A stretch of 64,000 bases of DNA, taken from positions 32,001 through 96,000 of the forward strand of contig CAWKNZ010000010.1 of NCBI GenBank assembly GCA_963851265.1, written 5' to 3'. Under the pieces are notes generated by a model. It saw only the letters and a list, made by a program, of their open reading frames with translations, was not told where the DNA came from and searched no databases. The translations under genes and the position numbers were made by a program. Below, piece after piece: positions 57,451 through 64,000 of the stretch. Origin of the DNA: an uncultured Gemmatimonadales bacterium (GTDB taxonomy: Bacteria; Gemmatimonadota; Gemmatimonadetes; Gemmatimonadales; Gemmatimonadaceae). Numbering within the stretch: position 1 is the first letter of the stretch; every line of letters begins with the position of its first letter.

Positions 57451-58463
57451 CTCCTGGCGTGGTCGCCCCCACCCCGCACGCTGCGGGAGACCACGACGCG
57501 CTACGGCTCGTCGCGCTGCGATGCGACGTTTGCGGGGCCGACGACGCCGAACCGCTCAGCGTCGGCGAAGACTTCGAGTATCGCACGAGTCGCGACACGT
57601 TTCTCGCCGTACGCTGCCGGCGCTGCGGGCTGGTCTACCTCAACCCACGCCCGGCGTCCGACGAGCTGCCGCGCATCTACCCGCCCGACTACCACGCCTA
57701 CGACTTCTCGAGCGCGCGCTACGGGCTGGCGTATGCGGTCCGCTGCCGACTCGAACGGTACCGCCTCGCGCGCTGGACACGCGCCCTCGCACCCGACGCG
57801 CGCGTGCTCGACATCGGGTGCGGCGACGGATTCCACCTGCGACTGCTCCGCACGTTCGGCGCGCCCACATGGCAGCTCGAAGGCGTCGACGCGAGCGAGA
57901 CGGCCGTGGCCGCCGCGGGCGCGGCCGGCCTGCGCGTGCATCACGGCACGATCGAGGATCTCCCACTCGATCGCGGTGCCTACGACCTCGTCCTCCTCGT
58001 CGCGACGCTCGAACACGTCGGCAGCCCGCGTGACGTGCTCCGTCGCGTGCGCGACGTGCTCCGCCCCGGCGGACGCGTCGTGATCGTCACCGACAACGTC
58101 CGCACGCTCTCGTTCGCCGTGTCGAAGTCGCGACACTGGGGCGGGTACCACTTTCCGCGGCACTGGCATCTGTTCACACAGGAGACGCTGCGCACGCTCG
58201 CGCACGCATCCGAACTCGACGTCGAGCGCATGCGGACGATCGTCACGCCGGTGAACTGGGTGTACACGCTGCACAACGCACTCGCCGACTACGGCGCCTC
58301 GCCCAACGTGCTGCGTCACGTCTCGCTGTCGGCGGCGCCTGCGCTGGCGCTGTTCACCGCCGTCAACGCCGTCGAACAGCTGGTGGGATACGGCGGCCTG
58401 CTCGAAGCGGTGCTGCGGCGCCCTGGCGACGGAGCGCGCGATGCCGCGCACGAACGGGGCTGA
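57447..58463 (+). CDS. Class I SAM methyltransferase with N-terminal Cys (Zn-ribbon) motif
   Basis: CDVCG...CRRCGLVYLNPRP; VLDIGCGDG; LEHV; FPRH. Confidence 0.87.
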   Translation: MTPGVVAPTPHAAGDHDALRLVALRCDVCGADDAEPLSVGEDFEYRTSRDTFLAVRCRRCGLVYLNPRPASDELPRIYPPDYHAYDFSSARYGLAYAVRCRLERYRLARWTRALAPDARVLDIGCGDGFHLRLLRTFGAPTWQLEGVDASETAVAAAGAAGLRVHHGTIEDLPLDRGAYDLVLLVATLEHVGSPRDVLRRVRDVLRPGGRVVIVTDNVRTLSFAVSKSRHWGGYHFPRHWHLFTQETLRTLAHASELDVERMRTIVTPVNWVYTLHNALADYGASPNVLRHVSLSAAPALALFTAVNAVEQLVGYGGLLEAVLRRPGDGARDAAHERG

Positions 58464-59823
58464 CGCGCGCGGCCTGCCGGTCGCGGTCGTGGGCGGGGGC
58501 ATCGCGGGCGTCACCGCGGCCGCCTTTCTGCGGCGCAACGGCGTGCCGGTGGTGCTCTACGAGGCCGGCCCGCGACTCGCGGGGCTGGCGCAGAGTCATC
58601 GCGACGCCGACGGCTTCTCGTCCGACGTCGGGGCGCATTTCGTCACGAATCGGCTCGCCGCCGCGATCGGCGTCGGCGCCGTCTGCCGGACCGTCCGCTA
58701 TTACGGCGAGAGCGTGTGGCTGGGCGGGCGCGCCCACTCGTACCCGTTCGGCCTCCTCGCCAACCCGCGCTTCTCGCTGAGTGGCGCGGCCGCGCGCCTC
58801 AAACTTCCGGGACGCACGCACCACTCCGCGGCCGACGTCTTCCGCGCCTCGTACGGCCGCGCGCTCGCCGACGCCGTCGCCATTCCACTCCTCGAAGCGT
58901 GGTCGGGCGCGCCCGCGAGCGAACTGGCGCCGGCCGTCGCCGAAAAGCTGCAGCACGGCGTGGCCGGGACGGCGTTCCTCAAGCTGGCCGGCCGGCTCAC
59001 ACACCGCGCGGTGACCATCGGTTACAGTCACGTAGCGGCCGAAAACGCGAACGTGTGGCACGTGTACCCCGACGGCGGCGTGAGCCGGCTCGTCGAGCAC
59101 CTCGCCGCCGACGTACGCGACGCCATCGCCTGCGACTCGCCGGTCGAGGCGATCGTCGCCGACGCGCGGGGCGTTCAGGCCGTCCGCGTCCACGGACGCG
59201 AACAGCCGGTGCAGGCCGTGGTGAGCACGGCGCCGGTGAACGCGCTCGCCCGCCTCGTCACCGGCACGGACGGCGTCTCGTACCTCGAGCGCTTCCGCTA
59301 CCGTCCGATGGTGTTCGTCAGCCTGCGGCTCGCCGGGCGCGACCTGATCCCCGACACCGTGCTGTGGACACCGGAACAGGAGTTCCCCTTCTTCCGCGTC
59401 ACGGACACGACGCGGTCGATGCCCTGGCTCGCCCCGGCGGGGAAGAGCATGCTCACCGTCGACATCGGGTGCGAGGTGGGCGATGCGACGTGGCGCATGC
59501 CCGACCCGGCGTTGATCGCACACTGCCTCGACGCGCTCGACGTGCTCATCCCGGGGGTGCACGCCCGCGACCTCGGTGGCGCGCGCGTGGTCCGGACCGC
59601 CGTCGCGTACCCCGTGCTGCTCAACGCCTACGAGGCCGACCGGCAGCGCTTCGTGCGATCGACCGGCGTGCCGGGGCTGTGGAGCGTCGGCCGGAACGGC
59701 GCGTTCTCGCACATGCTCATGGAAGACGTGTACTGGCGCACGCTGGCGTCGATGCGCGAACTCGTCGACGGGCTCGGCGGTCGGCAGCCGAGCGTCGCGC
59801 TCGGCGGGATGATGCGGACGTAA
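58441..59823 (+). CDS. FAD-dependent oxidoreductase
   Basis: VVGGGIAG, YEA...LAGLA, DVGAHF, YPDGG, VGRNGAF. Confidence 0.85.
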   Translation: MPRTNGADARGLPVAVVGGGIAGVTAAAFLRRNGVPVVLYEAGPRLAGLAQSHRDADGFSSDVGAHFVTNRLAAAIGVGAVCRTVRYYGESVWLGGRAHSYPFGLLANPRFSLSGAAARLKLPGRTHHSAADVFRASYGRALADAVAIPLLEAWSGAPASELAPAVAEKLQHGVAGTAFLKLAGRLTHRAVTIGYSHVAAENANVWHVYPDGGVSRLVEHLAADVRDAIACDSPVEAIVADARGVQAVRVHGREQPVQAVVSTAPVNALARLVTGTDGVSYLERFRYRPMVFVSLRLAGRDLIPDTVLWTPEQEFPFFRVTDTTRSMPWLAPAGKSMLTVDIGCEVGDATWRMPDPALIAHCLDALDVLIPGVHARDLGGARVVRTAVAYPVLLNAYEADRQRFVRSTGVPGLWSVGRNGAFSHMLMEDVYWRTLASMRELVDGLGGRQPSVALGGMMRT

Positions 59824-59905
59824 CGGGCGCGTAGCAGTAGCGCGTCGGACCCGGGCGGCGCACGTTTCGGTGTTCGCGCCGCCCCTCCGCCCCCGCGCCC
59901 CGCCG

Positions 59906-61168
59906 ATGCCGTCCCACGTCCTCGACCACATCTCGCTCGGCAAGATCGTTCAGATCCGCGAGCGCCTGCTGAACGCCCAGGCCGCCGGGCGGACGGTGTA
60001 CCGCTTCGAGTCGGGCGACCCGAGCTTCGCCCCCGCGCCGCACGTCGTCGCCGCGATCGCCGACGCCGCCACGCGTGGACAGACGCACTACCCGCCCAAC
60101 AACGGCATCCCGGCGCTCCGCACGGCCGTCCGCCGCAAGCTCGCGCACGTGAACGGCATCGAGCTGGCCGACGAGGACGGCATCTTCGTCACCAACGGCT
60201 CCATGCACGGGCTGTTCGTCACCTTCTCGGCGCTGCTCGACCCCGCCGACGAGGTGATCCTCCCCGACCCGATGTGGACGGAGGTCGCGGAAAACGTGCG
60301 GCTCGCGGGCGGCGTGGCGGCGGGCGTTCCGCTCAGCGCCGGCGACGGGTACGTGTACGACCCCGACGCGATCACGCGCCGCATCACGCTGCGCACGAAG
60401 GCCATCTTCGTGAACACGCCGCACAATCCGACCGGCGCGGTCGCCGACCGCGAGCGGCTGCTCGCCATCCTGCGCCTCGCCGACGAGCGCGGCCTCTGGG
60501 TGGTGAGCGACGAGGCGTACGAAGACGTGATCTACCCGCCGCACGTGCACCACTCCCTGCTCGCGCTCGCGCAGCGCCACGTGCCGGGCGTGGCCGACCG
60601 CGTCGTCAGCCTGTGGTCGTTCTCCAAGAGCCACGCGATGAGCGGGCTGCGCGTCGGCTACACGGTGACGACCAACGCCGAGCTGCGCGACCGCTTCCCC
60701 AAGGTCCTGCGCTGCTCGATCAACGGCGTGAACAGCCTCGCGCAGTGGGGCGCCACTGCGGCCCTCGAGGGGCCGCGCGAGTACGTCGCGATGATGCGGG
60801 CCGAGTACGCCGAGCGGCGCGACGTGATGCTCGCCGCGTTAGGCGACGTCGAGGGCGTGCGCCCGTTCGTCCCGCGCGGCGGCTTCTATCTGTGGTGCGA
60901 GCTGGACCCGTCGCTCTACGGCCGCCTCGGCGTGCGCGACGCCGACGAGCTGTCCGCGCGCCTCGCCGAGGCCGGCGTGGGCAGCGCGCCGGGCGACGCG
61001 TTCGGGGAGCACTGCGCGCACGCGATCCGCTTCGCATACAGCTGCAGCACCGACATGGTTCGGGCCGGGGCGCCGGTGCTGCGCGCGCTGCTCACGGGCG
61101 AGCGGCCGCTCGCGGGTGCGATCGGCGGTGCGGGTGTCGCGGGTCGCGCGACGGTGCCGGTCGCGTGA
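59906..61168 (+). CDS. PLP-dependent aminotransferase class I/II
   Basis: NTPHNPTG, SDEAYE, SFSKSHAMSGLRVGY, GGFYLW, IRFAY. Confidence 0.92.
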   Translation: MPSHVLDHISLGKIVQIRERLLNAQAAGRTVYRFESGDPSFAPAPHVVAAIADAATRGQTHYPPNNGIPALRTAVRRKLAHVNGIELADEDGIFVTNGSMHGLFVTFSALLDPADEVILPDPMWTEVAENVRLAGGVAAGVPLSAGDGYVYDPDAITRRITLRTKAIFVNTPHNPTGAVADRERLLAILRLADERGLWVVSDEAYEDVIYPPHVHHSLLALAQRHVPGVADRVVSLWSFSKSHAMSGLRVGYTVTTNAELRDRFPKVLRCSINGVNSLAQWGATAALEGPREYVAMMRAEYAERRDVMLAALGDVEGVRPFVPRGGFYLWCELDPSLYGRLGVRDADELSARLAEAGVGSAPGDAFGEHCAHAIRFAYSCSTDMVRAGAPVLRALLTGERPLAGAIGGAGVAGRATVPVA

Positions 61169-62022
61169 GCGCGCACTCGCCGGGCGCCCACGCGACGGGT
61201 GGCGACGAGACGGGCGCGCTGCGCGTCGCGCTCGTCCAGCTCGCCGTGCAGGACGGCGACGTGGCCGACAACGTCTCGCGCGCCGCGGCGTTGATCCGCG
61301 GCGCGCCAGCCGCCGACCTGTATCTGCTCCCCGAGCTGTTCACCACGGGCTACGCGCACGACGCGTGGGTGCGCGCCGCTCGCGAGACGACGCGGGACGT
61401 GGTCGCGACGCTGCAAGCGCTTGCCGACGAGCGCGGCGCGTGGGTCGGCGGGTCGATGATCGCGGAGACGGCAGACGGGGGACTCGCCAATCGGTTCCAC
61501 CTGGCCGCCCCGGCGGACGTCGGCGACTTCGGCGTCGTGACGTACGACAAGGCGCACCTGTTTCCGCCGATGGGCGAACCGGAGCGCCTCACCGGTGGTA
61601 CCGAACGCGTGCGGAGCTGCGTCGGCCGCGGCGCTTCGGCGGCGGACGCGTCGCTCAGCATCTGCTTCGACCTGCGCTTCCCCGAGCAGTACCGACTCGA
61701 TGCGCTCGCCGGGTCGACCTTGTTCGCCTGCGTCGCCGAGTGGCCGCACCCGCGCGGCGAGACGCTGCGCCTGCTGGCGCGCGCGCGCGCGGCCGAGAAC
61801 CAGGCGTGGCTGGCGCTCTGTAACCGCGTCGGTCCGGCGAGCGACGGCACCCGCTTCTGCGGCGGCTCGTGCATCATTGCCCCCGACGGCACCGTGGTGG
61901 CCGACGCCGGCGAGTCGGTGGACAGCGTCACCGTCGCGGCGATCGACGTGCAGCTTGCCCACCGTGCGCGCGCGGGTTTCGCGGTGCTCCCGCTGCGCGT
62001 CGCGGGCGTCGACCACGACTGA
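61165..62022 (+). CDS. Nitrilase-superfamily carbon-nitrogen hydrolase (omega-amidase-like)
   Basis: E-K-C triad: LLPELF, YDKAHLF, ICFDLRFPE; ARAAENQ. Confidence 0.9.
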   Translation: MSAHSPGAHATGGDETGALRVALVQLAVQDGDVADNVSRAAALIRGAPAADLYLLPELFTTGYAHDAWVRAARETTRDVVATLQALADERGAWVGGSMIAETADGGLANRFHLAAPADVGDFGVVTYDKAHLFPPMGEPERLTGGTERVRSCVGRGASAADASLSICFDLRFPEQYRLDALAGSTLFACVAEWPHPRGETLRLLARARAAENQAWLALCNRVGPASDGTRFCGGSCIIAPDGTVVADAGESVDSVTVAAIDVQLAHRARAGFAVLPLRVAGVDHD

Positions 62023-62355
62023 CGGCCGTCGCGCGCGCGGACGTGCGCGTGATCGGACGCTCGCGTCGGCCTGAGTGCCCCCGGCGCGGGGGTTGGGCCG
62101 CCCCGCTTCCGGGCGGCTCACCCCCGAACACCAACGACCACGTGCAGACCGCCCTGTTTGGGTCGCCCGATCTCGGCGGCAGTTTCCCCCGCAGCGTGAC
62201 GGAACGATCGCGCACGCGCCCTATCGCGGAGCAGACGTGGTCGGGCTGACGCAGCCGAACGTCGAGTCGCGCGCGTGTACGGTGCGAGTCGTCGGCTCGC
62301 ACGGCTCGTCACGCGTCGTACTCGGGCTGCTACTCGGCGTCGCGGATGCGAGCTG

Positions 62356-62388
62356 ACCCCGCGCGCGCGGACCCCGCGCGCGCGGACC
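62356..62388 (+). repeat. 15-bp tandem duplication just before the wecB-2 start
   Basis: GACCCCGCGCGCGCG x2 followed by GAC. Confidence 0.6.
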
Positions 62389-62390
62389 GC

Positions 62391-63533
62391 ATGCGCGTGC
62401 TCGTGATCGCGGCCGCACGGCCCAACTTCATGAAGGTGGCGCCCATCCTCGCCGCGCTCACGCGCGCCGGGGACGAGGCAGTGCTCGTGCACACCGGGCA
62501 GCACTACGACGCCCGCATGTCGGACGCGTTCTTCGAGGACCTCGCGATTCCGGCGCCGGATCATCACCTCGGGGTGGGTTCGGGCACGCACGCCCAGCAG
62601 ACGGCGCGCGTGATGGAGGCGTTCGAGCCGGTGCTGCGCGCGGCGCGGCCGGACTGGCTCGTCGTCGTGGGCGACGTGAACGCGACGCTCGCGTGCGCGC
62701 TCGTCGCGGCCAAGTTGCGCCCCGAACTCGGCTGCCGCGTCGCGCACGTCGAGGCCGGGCTGCGCAGCGGCGACTGGCGGATGGCGGAAGAGGTGAACCG
62801 CGTCCTCACCGACCGCCTCGCCGACCTGCTGCTCACCCCGTCGCGCGACGCGCTCCCCAACCTCGTGCGCGAGGGGATCGCGGCGGAGCGCGTGGCGTTC
62901 GCTGGGAACGTGATGATCGACACGCTCTTCACGCACCTGCCGCGCGCGCGCGCGGTCGACCTGCCCGCGCGGCTCGGCCTCGCGCGCGGCGGCTACGTCG
63001 CGGCGACGCTCCACCGGCCGTCCAACGTCGACGACCCTAGCGCGTTAGGCATCCTGCTCGACGCGTTCGCGGCCGTGGCCGGCGAGCTGCCGGTGGTGTT
63101 CCCCGTGCACCCGCGCACGCGCAAGCAGGCGGAGGTGTTTGGCCTCACGCCGCGGCTCGAGCGGCTGCGCGTGCTCGAGCCGCTCGGCTACACCGAGATG
63201 CTCTCGCTCACCGAAGGCGCTGCCGTGGTGCTCACCGACTCGGGCGGGCTGCAGGAGGAGACGACGGCGCTCGGCGTGCCCTGCGTGACGCTGCGCGAGC
63301 AGACCGAGCGCCCGGTGACCGTGGCCGAGGGGACCAACCGGCTCGCGCCGTGGCCGCTCACGGTGGAGGGCGTGTTCGGCGCGTACCGCGCGGCGCGCGC
63401 CGCGCCGCGCGCGATCGCCGGCGCACGTCGCCCCGAAGGATGGGACGGGCACGCGGCCGAGCGGATCGTGGCGGCGCTGCGCGCGCACCTGCCCGCGCGG
63501 ACCGACGTCGGCGTCGCGGGCTCGGCGCGCTGA
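62391..63533 (+). CDS. wecB: UDP-N-acetylglucosamine 2-epimerase (non-hydrolysing), copy 2
   Basis: AARPNFMKVAP, HTGQHYD, VGDVNAT, HVEAGLRS, TLHRPSNVD, TDSGGLQEE. Confidence 0.92.
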   Translation: MRVLVIAAARPNFMKVAPILAALTRAGDEAVLVHTGQHYDARMSDAFFEDLAIPAPDHHLGVGSGTHAQQTARVMEAFEPVLRAARPDWLVVVGDVNATLACALVAAKLRPELGCRVAHVEAGLRSGDWRMAEEVNRVLTDRLADLLLTPSRDALPNLVREGIAAERVAFAGNVMIDTLFTHLPRARAVDLPARLGLARGGYVAATLHRPSNVDDPSALGILLDAFAAVAGELPVVFPVHPRTRKQAEVFGLTPRLERLRVLEPLGYTEMLSLTEGAAVVLTDSGGLQEETTALGVPCVTLREQTERPVTVAEGTNRLAPWPLTVEGVFGAYRAARAAPRAIAGARRPEGWDGHAAERIVAALRAHLPARTDVGVAGSAR

Positions 63534-63597
63534 GTGCTGATGTCGCGTGTTCGCGTGGCCCCGGGCCGCAGCGCGACGCGGAAGCACGGCGAGGCGA

Positions 63598-64000
63598 TCA
63601 GGGCAGCGCCGTCACGTCGAAGCCCTGACGCGCGGCGTGTACGCCGACGCGCTCCGCGCCGGCGTACACGTTGAACCGTTGCTGGCGGACGAAGCCGAGC
63701 AGCGTGAGGCCGTAGGCGCGCGCGGTCTCGACGGCGAGACTCGACGGCGCGCCGACGGCCGCGAGGATGGGGATTCCGGCGGCCAGCGCCTTGTGCACGA
63801 GTTCGAAGCTGGCCCGCCCGCTGACGAGGAGCACGCGGTCGTCGAGCGGCAGCCGCCCGGCGAGCAGGGCCGCGCCGACGAGCTTGTCGACGGCATTGTG
63901 CCGTCCCACGTCCTCGCGTACGGCGACCAGGTCGCCGCCGGGGGTGAAGAGGGCCGCGGCGTGCAGCCCTCCGGTTCGGTCGAACACCGCCTGCGCGTCG
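63598..64000 (-). CDS. fdhD: Formate dehydrogenase accessory sulfurtransferase, C-terminal part (runs off window end)
   Basis: [49 protein letters not shown]. Confidence 0.92.
   Translation of the reverse strand, partial: DAQAVFDRTGGLHAAALFTPGGDLVAVREDVGRHNAVDKLVGAALLAGRLPLDDRVLLVSGRASFELVHKALAAGIPILAAVGAPSSLAVETARAYGLTLLGFVRQQRFNVYAGAERVGVHAARQGFDVTALP

Noticed and set aside
62023..62345. Intergenic gap as small gene or ncRNA
   Set aside because: No convincing ORF, RBS or recognisable RNA motif.
3242..63050. GTTAGGC as telomere-like repeat, REP element or KOPS/Chi site
   Set aside because: Copies are dispersed and single, mostly intragenic, have no conserved flanks or hairpin, and show no strand polarity in this window.
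1..64000. Mobile elements, prophage, defence systems, rRNA/tRNA
   Set aside because: No transposase, integrase, phage, RT, cas or structural RNA signatures recognised.

Overview
Very GC-rich bacterial chromosomal window (roughly 70-75% GC by eye). Gene content suggests a Gemmatimonadota-like soil bacterium, which is an inference. About 50 real CDSs are present; most long alternative ORFs in the track are GC-driven shadow frames. Left half: trpF fragment, Tat-exported intradiol dioxygenase, a small signalling cluster (response regulator lacking its phospho-acceptor Asp, small helical protein, stand-alone GAF, HEAT repeat), eutBC, Ntn acylase, S53 peptidase, treZ, a galacturonate (Ashwell) catabolic operon with a divergent ROK repressor and candidate operator, a Gly-rich cold-shock protein and a decayed Zn-dehydrogenase pseudogene. 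Right half (about 31.8-63.5 kb): a large Wzx/Wzy-type exopolysaccharide locus. Two things stand out. (1) Two paralogous secreted right-handed beta-helix lipoproteins are inserted antisense inside the EPS locus, each directly preceded by its own c-di-GMP-I riboswitch, and both riboswitches carry the same extra GGCC-closed hairpin. (2) A non-palindromic heptamer GTTAGGC/GCCTAAC occurs at least 26 times on both strands, often via otherwise rare TTA/CTA Leu codons or as stop codons. No rRNA, tRNA, CRISPR array or transposase was seen.
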